A program made the translations under genes and the position numbers. From Candidatus Bathyarchaeota archaeon (GTDB lineage: Archaea > Thermoproteota > Bathyarchaeia > Bathyarchaeales > Bathycorpusculaceae): DNA of 64,000 nt. The notes under the pieces were generated by a model, which was not told the origin of the DNA, made no database searches, and saw nothing but the letters and a program-made list of their open reading frames with translations. Below are positions 1 to 11,119 of this stretch, piece by piece (within the stretch, counting starts at the first letter, position 1; each line of letters begins with the position of its first letter). The DNA is taken from positions 352,001 to 416,000 of the forward strand of contig CAVZJV010000014.1 of the NCBI GenBank assembly GCA_963775685.1, given 5' to 3'.

Positions 1-1433
1 CCGTTGTTCTTCAGTGCTTGGATGTAATCAAGATTTACTTCAAATCGGTGGCGGTGGCGTTCATGGATCTCTTCCTGTGCATACATGCGGTAAGCCAAAG
101 AGCCTTTCTGCAAAACCACTTTGTGCGCACCCAATCGCATCGTTGCCCCCTTAATTTCTATGCCTCGTTGCTCAGGCATTAAATCGATGACTGGGTGAGG
201 CGAATCAGGGTTTATTTCTGTGCTGTTTGCGTCTTTTAAGCCGCAAACGTTTCGGGCAAACTCGATTACTGCCAGCTGGAAGCCGTAGCAGATGCCTAGA
301 AAGGGAATGTCTTTTTCTCGGGCAAATCGGGCTGCGGCTATCTTGCCTTCTGTTCCTCTTGGACCAAACCCGTAGGGAACAAAAACCCCGTCGAAATTCT
401 CCAGGTCCTTGATGCATGGGGGTTCACGCTCAAATTTTTCAGCTTCTAAGTAGGAGATGCAGACTTTGGTTTTGCAAGCTGCTCCGCCATGTCGTAGTGC
501 CTCAGTCATACTAACGTAACTGTCTGATAATCCAGCGTATTTGCCAACCAACGCAATCTTTACCTCATTCTCAGGATGAATCATTCCTTCGACGAAGATT
601 TGCCATTCACTGAAGTCTTTGCCGTCGCATTTGAATCCTAATCGTTGGCAAATGAAGTCGCCCATGCCCTGTTTGTCAAGGATAAGCGGCACTTGATAAA
701 CAGTTTCGGCGTTATAGCTACAGAAAACTGCGCTTTCAGGGATGGTGCCGAACAATGCGATTTTTCTCAGCGCCTCTGCATCTATCATCTGTGGACTTCT
801 TGCAACGATTGTGTCGGGTTGGATACCAATTCGCCTTAATTCGTTAACGCTGTGTTGGAGCGGTTTAGTTTTCATTTCTCCTGTTACATCTAAAATAGGC
901 ACAAGTGCAACATGCACGTAAAGCGTGTTTTCGTAACCTTCTTCCACACGCATTTGACGTATGGCTTCCAAAAACGGCAAACCTTCAATGTCGCCTACCG
1001 TTCCGCCTACCTCCGTCAAAACAATTTCAGCGTTGACCATTTTGGCAGCATTTCGAATTCGGTTTTTTATTTCGTTAGTCACGTGGGGAACAATTTGGAC
1101 GCAACGACCCAAGAAGTCACCATGACGTTCCTTTTCGATTACAGAACGATAGATTGTACCAGTGGTTAAGTTGTTTCCTTGTTTTAAACTTAAATCAAGA
1201 AAACGTTCGTACCATCCGAGGTCCAGGTCGGTTTCGCCTCCGTCGTCAGTGACGAAGACTTCGCCATGCATGTAGGGATTCATTGTTCCAGCGTCGATGT
1301 TAACGTAAGGGTCAATTTTTACTACGGTGGGTTTTAATCCTCTGGCTTGGAGCATTTTGCCTATAGAGGAAGTTAAGATGCCTTTGCCGACTGAACTTAG
1401 CACGCCGCCTGTTACGAAAATATACTTAACCAT
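1..1433 (-). CDS. pyrG: CTP synthase (3' end runs off the window)
   Basis: Minus-strand translation from ATG at 1433 gives MVKYIFVTGGVLSSVGKG...DPYVNIDAGTMNP, later TMRLG and ERHRHRFEVN. Missing from the ORF track because there is no stop in the window. Confidence 0.95.
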   Translation of the reverse strand, partial: MVKYIFVTGGVLSSVGKGILTSSIGKMLQARGLKPTVVKIDPYVNIDAGTMNPYMHGEVFVTDDGGETDLDLGWYERFLDLSLKQGNNLTTGTIYRSVIEKERHGDFLGRCVQIVPHVTNEIKNRIRNAAKMVNAEIVLTEVGGTVGDIEGLPFLEAIRQMRVEEGYENTLYVHVALVPILDVTGEMKTKPLQHSVNELRRIGIQPDTIVARSPQMIDAEALRKIALFGTIPESAVFCSYNAETVYQVPLILDKQGMGDFICQRLGFKCDGKDFSEWQIFVEGMIHPENEVKIALVGKYAGLSDSYVSMTEALRHGGAACKTKVCISYLEAEKFEREPPCIKDLENFDGVFVPYGFGPRGTEGKIAAARFAREKDIPFLGICYGFQLAVIEFARNVCGLKDANSTEINPDSPHPVIDLMPEQRGIEIKGATMRLGAHKVVLQKGSLAYRMYAQEEIHERHRHRFEVNLDYIQALKNN

Positions 1434-1539
1434 GCTTTTCCCCATTATAACTACTCTTTTCATGGCGATTTAATATAACTCTTTTGTGTGAAGGGCTGCA
1501 AGAATGAGCAATCAATTATGTCAAATCCTAAGAAACTGC

Positions 1540-1906
1540 ACAAGCTATTGGGACGGTGACTTTTGGCTATATCTAAGTTTCGCTTCAATCCTCAAATCAA
1601 AAACCAAACACCAATAATAACCAACACAAAGGCCAGAAGTACTGACCAGAACAATGTCAAAGACTAAGTTAATGCAGCATAAGCCAGGAAAAAGAAAGAA
1701 TAGACATATTAAAAGAGGACCAATTCCGTTTCCTCTACGGCGGTAACCGTATTAGTCCTCGTAGTATCAACGCCCGTTCATACTTGGAATAAAGCTTGCT
1801 TTCGACTGGTGAAAGTGGTGCGCCACAGTTAGAACAGTTGTTGGATGTGTATGGGTTAAGAAGGCAGCATCTTGAACAATAAACCAACTTTTTCGACCTC
1901 AGCCAT
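1540..1906 (-). pseudogene. Degraded zinc-ribbon membrane protein
   Basis: After ATG at 1906 and a frameshift: VYCSRC...NCSNCGAPL, then hydrophobic fragments with stops and shifts. 3' boundary approximate. Confidence 0.4.
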
Positions 1907-2018
1907 TTCCTAAAACGTATTAAACCCGTATAATTTTTGTTAGCCGAAGCAAATCATGGCTTTTAATACATAAAATATTAATTACAAGCGTTGTACTAAG
2001 TATACTTGGAGACTCTAA

Positions 2019-2252
2019 ATGCCACAAGCCTTTGTGTTAATAAATGTTGAATCTGGAGCAGAAGAAGATCTTGTTAAGGAACTGAAAAAGCTAGAGGGCG
2101 TAGAGGAAGCATACTATTCGTACGGTGTTTACGACATTATTGCTAAAATTAAAGCTGACTCGATGGAAAAACTTAAGGAAATGGTGACACGCAAGATAAG
2201 AATTCTAAGCAGGGTCCGCTCTACTTTAACGTTGATAATGATGGAAGAATAA
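2019..2252 (+). CDS. Stand-alone Lrp/AsnC ligand-binding (RAM) domain protein
   Basis: AFVLIN...GVYDIIAK...VRSTLTLI signature, 77 aa, no HTH. Confidence 0.9.
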   Translation: MPQAFVLINVESGAEEDLVKELKKLEGVEEAYYSYGVYDIIAKIKADSMEKLKEMVTRKIRILSRVRSTLTLIMMEE

Positions 2253-2608
2253 GCTGCTTTCAGCAGTTTCACTCTATTTTTTACACCATTAGATTATTTT
2301 TCAATTAACACTGACCAAGTTTCACAAATTCGAGACAACCCGAACAATAGTTTTTGCTTCTACTAAAACAGAATGTCTATATCTGGACCAAGTTTTCGGG
2401 GTGAGCTGAAAAAAGCTAAAGGAAACCCTATTCGGCCAGATTAAGTGAATGCACGCAATTGTGCCATTGAATAGGTCTTAGTCCTGATTTCTGGTAGGAT
2501 AGAAAGACATATAAAGTTCAGAATTTTAGCTAAAAAAAGCTTGCCGATTTAATATAATCCTTAAAAGTTAATCTACTGACTGCTTACGTTAAGGCTTGAA
2601 ATCTCGTT

Positions 2609-3646
2609 ATGGAAAATGTCAAAAAACCTCTCCGCTTAAACGCGATTATGCTTGTTTTAGTCTTTGGTTTGATAGCCTTCATACTCTACATTTATTTTTA
2701 CATCAACCCAGCACAAGTTTCCGATATTCTTTTAAAAACAAAACTTGAATACTACATATTTGCCTTTGTCTCTTACTTTTTCTTTGCGTTCTTCTCGTCT
2801 TTGGTATGGTACCAGTTACTAAGGAACCTGTCAATTAGAGTTAGCAAACGCAAAATCTTTCTATTCACCTGGGTAGGCTTGTTTTTTGATGCCACTGCCC
2901 CTCAACTTGGATGGTCTGGAGAAATCTCCAAAACGTACCTATTGTCCAAAGATTCAACTGTTGATGTTGGAAAAATCGGAGCTTCTGTTGTGGGACAAAA
3001 ACTTTTCACGATGACTATGACCGTTGTCGCATTGAGTTTAGGTTTAGGTTTGGTTTTAGTCAACTATTCTTTGCCAACTACAGTAACCCTGCTAATCATC
3101 ACAGTTTTAGTTCTCTCGATAATAGCATTGTCCTTAGTTTATTACGTAAGCAATAAACCAAAAGCCACCGCAGCATTGGTTAATTGGGCTATAAAAATAA
3201 CGTTACTTTTCCGTAAACGTTGGAACCCTGAAAATTTCAGATTAAAAGCTGATGAGTTGCTAAATGAATTTCATCAGAGCATTCGAATGTTGAAATCTGA
3301 ACCAAAAGCACTTTTGCAGCCCATTGTTTTTGCAATTGTGAGTTTCATTTGTGAAGTTTCGGTTATTTTTATCACCTTTGTTTCTCTAGGGTTACCAGTT
3401 CCAGTTGATAAGGTTCTGATTGTTTTTACCTTGACAGGTACGCTTCAAACTGTAGGTATCACTTTCTTTGGTTTTCCTGAATTGATAATGACTGTTTCGT
3501 TTAGTGCACTATTGATTCCGGCGCCTCTGGCTTTTTCAGTTACTTTATTGACAAGGATTGTAAACTTATGGTTTAGAATATTCGTGTCCTACATTGCGTT
3601 GCAATGGGCCGGAATAAAAATCCTAAGACAAAACCATGTGAGGTAA
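2609..3646 (+). CDS. Lysylphosphatidylglycerol synthase TM / flippase-like membrane protein (UPF0104 type)
   Basis: 345 aa, many TM segments, 'GLFFD..P..GWSGE' and 'LLTRIVNLW' motifs. Confidence 0.8.
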   Translation: MENVKKPLRLNAIMLVLVFGLIAFILYIYFYINPAQVSDILLKTKLEYYIFAFVSYFFFAFFSSLVWYQLLRNLSIRVSKRKIFLFTWVGLFFDATAPQLGWSGEISKTYLLSKDSTVDVGKIGASVVGQKLFTMTMTVVALSLGLGLVLVNYSLPTTVTLLIITVLVLSIIALSLVYYVSNKPKATAALVNWAIKITLLFRKRWNPENFRLKADELLNEFHQSIRMLKSEPKALLQPIVFAIVSFICEVSVIFITFVSLGLPVPVDKVLIVFTLTGTLQTVGITFFGFPELIMTVSFSALLIPAPLAFSVTLLTRIVNLWFRIFVSYIALQWAGIKILRQNHVR

Positions 3647-3698
3647 GCAAGGAAACATTTTAATGCAAACTATGCCTAAGTTATTATAGAGGATTGTT

Positions 3699-3935
3699 AT
3701 GCCTACAGCGTTTGTATTAATAAATACTGAAATAGGCTCTGAATCGGACGTTCTAAAGGAACTAAAAAAAGTTGAAGGCGTAGAAGAAGCCTCAGCCGTT
3801 TACGGAGTCTACGACATCGTAGCAAGAGTCAAAGCAGACACTATGGATAAGCTAAAGGAAATAGTAACTTGGCGAATTCGGCGACTCGACAAAGTTCGCT
3901 CAACATTAACGATGATAGTGGTAGAAGACAAGTAA
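3699..3935 (+). CDS. Stand-alone Lrp/AsnC RAM domain protein
   Basis: MPTAFVLINTEIG...VYGVYDIVARV...VRSTLTMIV. Confidence 0.92.
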   Translation: MPTAFVLINTEIGSESDVLKELKKVEGVEEASAVYGVYDIVARVKADTMDKLKEIVTWRIRRLDKVRSTLTMIVVEDK

Positions 3936-4281
3936 ACATCATCTTCCCTTCTTTTGAATAGTACATATTTTTACAAATACAATGTCGCATTTGTGACTAG
4001 CTAGATACAATCACAAATTTTTAAATTATTTTTGACTGATTATCACTCTGTGCATCGGTAGTGATAAAATGATAAAAATCCTGCAAATTCCAGGTAAGCC
4101 CAAAGAGAGCTACACGAAAATAGAAGGTCCCAATATATTGCGATGCACCGAATTTTTAATCGGTTGGACGGAGGAGGTTTGGACGACAATGAATCTTTTT
4201 GTGTTCCCCTCAAACAATAAAGAGCACCCCAACCTCTGAAGCCAACCAACCCACCCATCCAAAAATAGAGGCGAGAAAAAA

Positions 4282-4566
4282 ATGCCCGCAGCTTATATTC
4301 TCGTAAATACTGAAATTGGAGCCGAAATCCAAGTTCGAAAAGCCCTAAAACGTATCGAAGGTGTTGAAGAAGTCCACAACCTATGGGGTGTTTATGACAT
4401 AATTGCTAACGTCAAGGCAGATAGCATGGAAGCATTAAAATCAATCATAGCTAATCAAATCGAGAAAATCGGTAAAATAAACTCAAAATTAACTATGATA
4501 ATTGCCGAAAAGCCCCCCAGTGCATTTCGAGAACAAGTTCTTTTTGAAAGCCCAATGATCCAGTAA
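4282..4566 (+). CDS. Stand-alone Lrp/AsnC RAM domain protein
   Basis: MPAAYILVNTEIG...WGVYDIIANV; RBS-like GAGG upstream. Confidence 0.88.
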   Translation: MPAAYILVNTEIGAEIQVRKALKRIEGVEEVHNLWGVYDIIANVKADSMEALKSIIANQIEKIGKINSKLTMIIAEKPPSAFREQVLFESPMIQ

Positions 4567-4649
4567 ACCTTCAGCCTAAACATGTTTTAGGCTAACAATA
4601 TTTTTTACTCTCCACCCCAATTCTTAATTCAACTTTGGAGTGCAACTCA

Positions 4650-5990
4650 TTGACTAAGCAGACAATGCATATTGGACTCGACGACACAGACTCAACAAAA
4701 GGAGGTTGCACCACTTACCTTGCCGCTGTTCTTATCGAAAAAATTGAAAAATTCAAAGTGCAATTTAGTGATTATCCCGGTTTGATCAGGCTTAATCCCA
4801 ATGTGCCTTGGAAGACAAGAGGCAATGGAGCACTTTGCCTTCGATTCACATATGACTCAACTTTTGAAGAAGAAATAAAGGAAACAGCAATGGAGCTGTG
4901 GGAGGCGTATTCAGCTGTTCAAGAAAGAGGAACCGACCCGGGGATTGTCTTCTATAAAAGCCCCAAAATTCCGGCTGAGCTGACGGCTTTTTCTAAAAAA
5001 GCAGAAACAGCCATCGTCACACTCAAAGAAGCTACTTTGCTAATCAAGAAACTGGGTGCTGAAGCTGCAGGATTTAACAGTTGTCGGGGTATCATCGGTG
5101 CCTTGGCAGCGGTTGGCGAAACCCTAAACGATGACCATACTTATGAATTAATCACTTATAGGACTCCCGAGAATTTAGGCTCAAAGCGACGAGTTGATGC
5201 GGCAACGATTTTTGAAATGGATAAGTTGACGATACCTTACACATTTAATAACGTAGATTGGGAGAAACGCCGGGTGATCATTACCCCTCGAGGTCCTGAC
5301 CCGATTCTGTTTGGAATCAGAGGAGAAACACCCAAAGTCGTGAGGAGAGCGTTTGGAACTGTTAAGCCACTTGAACCTGTGGAGCGATGGGTGATTTTCC
5401 GTAGCAACCAAGGAACAGATGCCCACCTGAAACGTGTTGAAAAATTAAGTAAACTTGAGCCATATAGTTCAGTTATCGCTAAAGGTATCGTTTCAAAAAA
5501 TCCGCGTATAGTTCCCCTGCGTCACGTTATTTTCTCCATAAAAGACGATTCAGCGGAAGTGGATTGCGCAGCTTACGAGCCAACAGGAGATTTGCGAAAA
5601 ATAGCGCGAGAACTAGTGATAGGCGATTATGTTGAGGTTTATGGTGCAGTACACAAAGCGTCGGCAACTAAACCACTAACAATCAACTTAGAGAAGATAA
5701 ACATCATAAACTTGAAACAACAAATCATACTTGAAAACCCGCTGTGTCCCAAATGTGGAAAACGACTAAAATCAGGCGGCAAAAAACAGGGTTTTCGCTG
5801 TGAAAAATGCGGTGGCAAATATGCTGATCTAAAAAAGAAAGAAACAGTCGCGCCTCGTACCATCAAAGCAGAATTGTATGTAACTTCAACGAGGTCCCAG
5901 AGACATCTTACTAAGCCTCTTCGCCGATATGGACAGGAAAAACATGATGCTTCAGATTGTCGAATCATTGAGGAGTGGCATTATCCCTAA
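4650..5990 (+). CDS. tiaS: tRNA(Ile2) 2-agmatinylcytidine synthetase
   Basis: HIGLDDTDS..GGCTTY, RLNPNVPWKTRGNGA, OB fold, C-terminal CxxC..CxxC and RHLTKP. TTG start after GGAG. Confidence 0.95.
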   Translation: MTKQTMHIGLDDTDSTKGGCTTYLAAVLIEKIEKFKVQFSDYPGLIRLNPNVPWKTRGNGALCLRFTYDSTFEEEIKETAMELWEAYSAVQERGTDPGIVFYKSPKIPAELTAFSKKAETAIVTLKEATLLIKKLGAEAAGFNSCRGIIGALAAVGETLNDDHTYELITYRTPENLGSKRRVDAATIFEMDKLTIPYTFNNVDWEKRRVIITPRGPDPILFGIRGETPKVVRRAFGTVKPLEPVERWVIFRSNQGTDAHLKRVEKLSKLEPYSSVIAKGIVSKNPRIVPLRHVIFSIKDDSAEVDCAAYEPTGDLRKIARELVIGDYVEVYGAVHKASATKPLTINLEKINIINLKQQIILENPLCPKCGKRLKSGGKKQGFRCEKCGGKYADLKKKETVAPRTIKAELYVTSTRSQRHLTKPLRRYGQEKHDASDCRIIEEWHYP

Positions 5991-6336
5991 ATATGAATTA
6001 GTTCGGGTGTTTGCTTGCTTCATAATTCTGAGCGAATCTGGTGTTCGATAATCAAATAGGCGAAGTTGCACCAAAATAAGCTTAAATTGACGTCTGAATT
6101 TTGGTAAAAGCACAATCATTAATAGGTGCTATAACATAGTTATAGTGAGGCAAAAACAAAGAAAAAAACCCCTAAACCTCACAGCGCTTAGTCGCTTCCG
6201 CTTAGCAAAGAGTATAATACGTTTAGCCTAATTTGCTGCAACCAGGTTCGTTCTGAAAGCAAGCCAAACTCCAAAGAAAAGAGAACACTACATCTTTCAC
6301 AATTGCTTTTGCCCAGAAAAATAGGGAGTAAAAAGT

Positions 6337-6705
6337 ATGGCGAAAATATCCCCCATATTTAAAAAAGTAGTATCTTTTGTTTTTACTAAGCCCGCCACAA
6401 GTGGGTATCCCAACAAAAAACCATTGTTAGCAGACGACTATCGAGGTCAAATGCAAATAGACCTCAAATCATGCATCGGTTGCGGATTATGCAAAAAGGA
6501 CTGCCCTGGAGGAGCCATTGAAATGGTTGATTTTTGCGGGAAAAAACGACCCCAATTCAGACTAGACAAATGTCTCTTCTGCTACCAATGTGCTGAAAGC
6601 TGCCCCAAAAAGGCCATAAATAACTCAACAATATACGAATTAGCCACAGTCGACAAAGCCTCATTAACCATGAAACCCAGACACGTAATTGTGTGCCAAG
6701 CATAG
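6337..6705 (+). CDS. 2x[4Fe-4S] protein, NuoI/hydrogenase subunit-like
   Basis: Two CxxCxxCxxxCP motifs and N-terminal 'KPATSGYP...YRG'; no neighbouring complex subunits. Confidence 0.85.
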   Translation: MAKISPIFKKVVSFVFTKPATSGYPNKKPLLADDYRGQMQIDLKSCIGCGLCKKDCPGGAIEMVDFCGKKRPQFRLDKCLFCYQCAESCPKKAINNSTIYELATVDKASLTMKPRHVIVCQA

Positions 6706-6972
6706 GACAAGTAGAAAACCGTTTGCTATCTTGCGGTTCTTTTTTTTAAAGTTAAAATTATTGAAAAGTGTCGCCTTTTCGATTTTTAAGGTGTATTTTT
6801 CAATTTATGTACAGAATTTTTAGCCGTTTGATAGAACAGAGAAGAGCAACTTGTGAAGTAAATCGAATCCTTTTTTGAGATAAATAAATAGGCATTCTAT
6901 TGAAATCCTTTAAATCCGCGAAACCCATAAACCCTCCAACAACAAACCAACTCACAACAAAGGCGACTCTTC

Positions 6973-9789
6973 ATGGTTGAAAAAACGTTCCCCCCAGAAG
7001 CATACCAGCTTCCATTCTTTAGAGAGGAAGGCTTCGTTAGGAAGCATTGTCCAAAGTGCGGCGAATATTTCTGGACCCAAAACGCAGAGCAGGAAACCTG
7101 CGGAGAATCTAGCTCAGACGAATGCGGATGCTACACTTTCCTTGGCAACCCAGCCACAACCCAAAAGTTTAGCCTCTCCGAGATGAGGGAAGCATTCCTC
7201 TCGTTCTTTGAAAAGAATGGTCATACACGCATCAAGCCATATCCCGTTGTGGCGCGTTGGAGAAAAGACATCTATCTGACCCATGCGAGTATAATTGATT
7301 TCCAACCTTATGTAACGGAGGGCATCGCGCCTCCGCCAGCCAACCCGCTAGTCATTTCTCAACCCTGCATTCGACTCACCGATATTTCTAACACTGGACC
7401 CACCTTTGGCAGGCACCTTACCATTTTCGAAATGGGCGGAGCACACGCTTTCAACTATCCTAACAAAGAGGTTTACTGGAAAGATGACACCGTCCGTTTC
7501 CACCATCGCTTTGCAACAGAATGTCTTGGTATAAAGTCTGAGGAAGTCATCTACAAGGAGGGTGTGTGGATTGGCGGAGGAAACGCTGGTCCAGATGTGG
7601 AGTGTATCTGTCGTGGCCTAGAAGTGGGCACGCTGGTGTTCATGCAGTATAAAGTTGTGGGCAACGACTTCGTCGAATTGCCCATCCGCACCGTAGATAC
7701 AGGATATGGCATAGACCGTTTTACTTGGATAAGCCAAGGTGTACCAAGCCTCTTCCAAGCAATCTACGGAGACTTGCTCGACAAAGTCCTGGGAATGGCG
7801 GGTATAACTAATATTGATAATGATTTTTTGGTGCGGGTTGCCAAGTATTCTGGTTTAGTCAGCGTTGACAAACGAGCAAACAGAATGGTTGCCAGAAAGA
7901 GGGTGTCAGAACTTACAGGTATTGAATTGCCCATGTTGGAGAAGGTTCTTGTCCCTATTGAGAATGCTTGGGCAGTAACCGACCATACAAAAACCCTTAT
8001 CTTCATACTTAGCGAGGGAGTAGTGCCATCTAACATCCAGGAAGGCTATCTAGCAAGGCTGTTGTTCCGACGGGTTTACCGCTTAATGCGTTCCTTAAAC
8101 ATGGAGCCAGCTAAACTCTATAATATAATTGACATGCAAGCTGATTACTGGGCAAAAGACTTCCCACGTATCAAAGAAATGCAAAACGAAATAATCGAGA
8201 TGCTTAAGGTTGAAGAAGAAAAGTTCGTTGAGACGCTAAAACGGGGCGAAGGCATGGTTAAACGGATCGCTGTTGACCTCAAAGCTAAGGGTACAGGCAA
8301 ACTATCCAATGATATGCTGGCAGAACTGTATGATTCTCATGGATTGCCACCAGAAATAGTCAAGCAGGCAGCAGAGAAGGAAGGTGTCGAAGTTGAAGTA
8401 CCAGAAAACTTCTATGCGTTAATTGCTAACCGTCACATGGCTACACTCAAACCAGTTGAGGAAGAGGAAGCACAAGCGGAGAAGACGCTTAAGGAAGTTG
8501 CCGAGACGCTGCTTGCAACAGAACCTCTCTACTACGCCGATGTTTACCAGAAAGAATTTGACGCCAAAGTCGTCAAAGTTATCAACGGCTACTATGTTGT
8601 GTTGGATGGCACCTGCTTCTATCCTGAAGGCGGCGGCCAACCCAGCGACTTAGGCTGGATAGTGAGCGATAACGTTAAAATTGAAGTTGTCGATGTCAAG
8701 AAAATCGGCAAAGTCATCTTCCACAGACTCCGCACGCCTGAAACATTCAAGGAAGGCAGCACTGTACATGGCATACTGGATTGGGACCGACGCTACAGTC
8801 TAATGCAAGCGCACACCGTTACGCATCTAATAAATGGTGCAGCGAGACGTCTCTTAGGAGAGCATGTTTGGCAATCGGGCACACAAAAAGGACTTGAGAC
8901 TTCACGACTCGATATTTCCCATTACCGAAGACTAACACAAGAAGAAATCCACAAAATCGAGACCCTAGCAAACCAAGCAATAGCCGCTAACATGAAAGTT
9001 GAAACCGCATGGTTGCCACGTAACGAAGCTGAATCGCTATACGGTTTTAGGCTTTATCAGGGTGGTGCGGTTCCAGGTAAAGAAATCCGTGTGGTCAAGA
9101 CTGGCGATTGGGATGTGGAAGCCTGTGCAGGAACACACTTGGGAACAACCCGCGAGGTTGGCTTTGTAAAAATCGTTTACACGGAACGTGTGCAGGATGG
9201 CGTAGAACGGCTTGGCTACGCGGTTGGGCTTAAAGCTCTAAAAGCCGTGCAAGACCAGGAAAGCCTGCTCTGGAAAGTCTCAGAAGTACTAACTGCACCT
9301 ATAGAAAAGTTGGATAAGACGGCTGAGAAAGTTGTGAAGGAACTTAAAGAAGCCAATGTTGAGAAACGCAAGCTAATCAAAGAGCTTGCGGAAAAGGAAA
9401 GCACAGTAGGAAACACAGAAGCCTGCGAGCCGACAATTGAAGTTGAAGGGGTCTCAATTGTTAAAAGGGATTTTGGAGAATCAGTCGAGGTTGACCGCAT
9501 GCTAAGAACTGCAAGCGAAATAATAAAACGCAACGAAGCCTCAGTCACGTTGTTTTATGGTTCCGACGGCAAAGCTTGCAAACTCATAGTTATGGCTGGA
9601 GAGACCGCGGTCCAGAAAGGCGTCAACGCAAATCAAATTGTGAAGAATGCAGCGCCAGTTTTTGGCGGTGGTGGCGGTGGTAGACCCAACTTCGCTCAAG
9701 CTGGCGGAACAAAACCTGAGAAACTCAAGGATGCAGTGGCTGTTGCTGAGGAAGCAGTAAAGAAACAACTGAAACACTTGTGCTCTTAG
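6973..9789 (+). CDS. alaS: Alanine--tRNA ligase (archaeal type)
   Basis: YPVVARWR, ASIIDFQP, GGNAGP, editing HxxxH and CAGTH, C-terminal GGGGGRPNFAQAGG. Confidence 0.97.
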   Translation: MVEKTFPPEAYQLPFFREEGFVRKHCPKCGEYFWTQNAEQETCGESSSDECGCYTFLGNPATTQKFSLSEMREAFLSFFEKNGHTRIKPYPVVARWRKDIYLTHASIIDFQPYVTEGIAPPPANPLVISQPCIRLTDISNTGPTFGRHLTIFEMGGAHAFNYPNKEVYWKDDTVRFHHRFATECLGIKSEEVIYKEGVWIGGGNAGPDVECICRGLEVGTLVFMQYKVVGNDFVELPIRTVDTGYGIDRFTWISQGVPSLFQAIYGDLLDKVLGMAGITNIDNDFLVRVAKYSGLVSVDKRANRMVARKRVSELTGIELPMLEKVLVPIENAWAVTDHTKTLIFILSEGVVPSNIQEGYLARLLFRRVYRLMRSLNMEPAKLYNIIDMQADYWAKDFPRIKEMQNEIIEMLKVEEEKFVETLKRGEGMVKRIAVDLKAKGTGKLSNDMLAELYDSHGLPPEIVKQAAEKEGVEVEVPENFYALIANRHMATLKPVEEEEAQAEKTLKEVAETLLATEPLYYADVYQKEFDAKVVKVINGYYVVLDGTCFYPEGGGQPSDLGWIVSDNVKIEVVDVKKIGKVIFHRLRTPETFKEGSTVHGILDWDRRYSLMQAHTVTHLINGAARRLLGEHVWQSGTQKGLETSRLDISHYRRLTQEEIHKIETLANQAIAANMKVETAWLPRNEAESLYGFRLYQGGAVPGKEIRVVKTGDWDVEACAGTHLGTTREVGFVKIVYTERVQDGVERLGYAVGLKALKAVQDQESLLWKVSEVLTAPIEKLDKTAEKVVKELKEANVEKRKLIKELAEKESTVGNTEACEPTIEVEGVSIVKRDFGESVEVDRMLRTASEIIKRNEASVTLFYGSDGKACKLIVMAGETAVQKGVNANQIVKNAAPVFGGGGGGRPNFAQAGGTKPEKLKDAVAVAEEAVKKQLKHLCS

Positions 9790-9956
9790 ATTATTCCCCT
9801 TTTATTTAGCTCTCAACCACGGCTGAGCCTTTACGTTAGCTCAACGGACCCTTCGGTTTAGATGCGATGTCTGGGGCTATGGTGTGTTGGAAAATATTGG
9901 TGGATTAATCATGGTAATTTATTTCTTCTCTCAAGGCTGCAGGCATAACGAGCCCA

Positions 9957-10528
9957 TTATGTTAAGGCGTTTAGGTTTATGCTGATAAAGAATGATATGT
10001 ACACTAAAAAGAAAACTGCGAAGAATTTATGGTAAGTCTGGTTTTTCGTTAACGATGCAACAGCGCTTAAAGCTGTAATCAAAACAATGGTGATTATGTA
10101 GAGTGGACCCTGCGCCAACAAATGTGGAACCCCTTTGAGAAGTGTGTCTACAAAATCAAGTGGTCCAAGCAAAGCGGCAAGAGTAAAGAAACCAGCGGCG
10201 GTCCTCGAAGAAGTGTCGTTTGAACTCCATTTTTTCGTCAAATGGGTCAGGAAACAGAATTACGGATAGCAGGAAGCATACTGTCGGCGTTAAGAGGAGG
10301 AATATGAAGAGCGGAAAGACTCCATGTTTGCCAAGGCTCCCATCTGAACATGACCCACCAATTCAAACCCATGTACAAAAATACGTTAACCGACCAAAGG
10401 ATGTGGACCCAGTAATTTTGGATTTTGTCACGCCGTTCCAGAATTTTGCCGACGCCAGTCAGCAGCCTTGTGATGCCTAAAGCGATGATTAATGAAGGAA
10501 CGATGGAAATGTATGAGAAAGCATCCAT
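9957..10528 (-). pseudogene. Frameshifted integral membrane protein
   Basis: ORFs 10247-10528 and 9957-10241 join into one hydrophobic protein across frameshifts. Confidence 0.55.
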
Positions 10529-10649
10529 TCCCTAACTCAGCCAATTAACGCAAAAATGTGTACTTTAATTATTTAACGATTACTCAAGATCGGTTCTTAA
10601 TAATCTAATTCTACAAATAAAAGGGAGAAACTTCGGTTTTGGAAGTTGA

Positions 10650-11070
10650 TTATGGTATGTTCCATTCGTAGACCGTGATGTTGAGTTCTTGCCACATTGG
10701 GTCTAATGCTTCAAAAACTACAAGCGCTATTAAATCGTTGAGCCAGCTTAGTTTTTCAGATATGGTCATGAAGCTCCATAGGCCGACACTCTTGCCTTTT
10801 CCTTCAATCATTTTTGCCATGTCGTAGCCTTTTAGAACCACAATGTCTTCAGTCAAGGTGTTAAAAACGCCCTGATCTTCTGCAACGCCTAATCCCTTCG
10901 GAGGCGTCATTCCTTTAGCCGTTACTGCTATGAAGGCATCTATTCCTGCAGCCTTCCCCTCACCTTTAACTTGTGCCGTCCATTGTAGACTTGTTTAACG
11001 CCTTCCACACCGATTGATTTGATAAAGCTGGCGACGCTTTTGCCTTTTCCTTCAAAAAGTTTTTCTCCTA
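10650..11070 (-). pseudogene. Hypothetical protein, interrupted 5' part
   Basis: ORF 10650-10910; coding-like sequence continues upstream with a stop/shift. 5' boundary approximate. Confidence 0.4.
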
Positions 11071-11119
11071 AAACAAAAATTTTCACCTAAAATAATTGTA
11101 GGTTTGGAACTTTAAACGT

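Noticed and set aside
205-1169. Short ORFs in the ORF track
   Set aside because: Shadows of pyrG; the same applies to small ORFs overlapping alaS, tiaS, nnr, YyaL and other long genes.
6150-6336. Riboswitch in the long leader of the Fe-S gene
   Set aside because: No recognisable TPP, FMN, Moco or fluoride consensus by eye; an Rfam scan would be needed.
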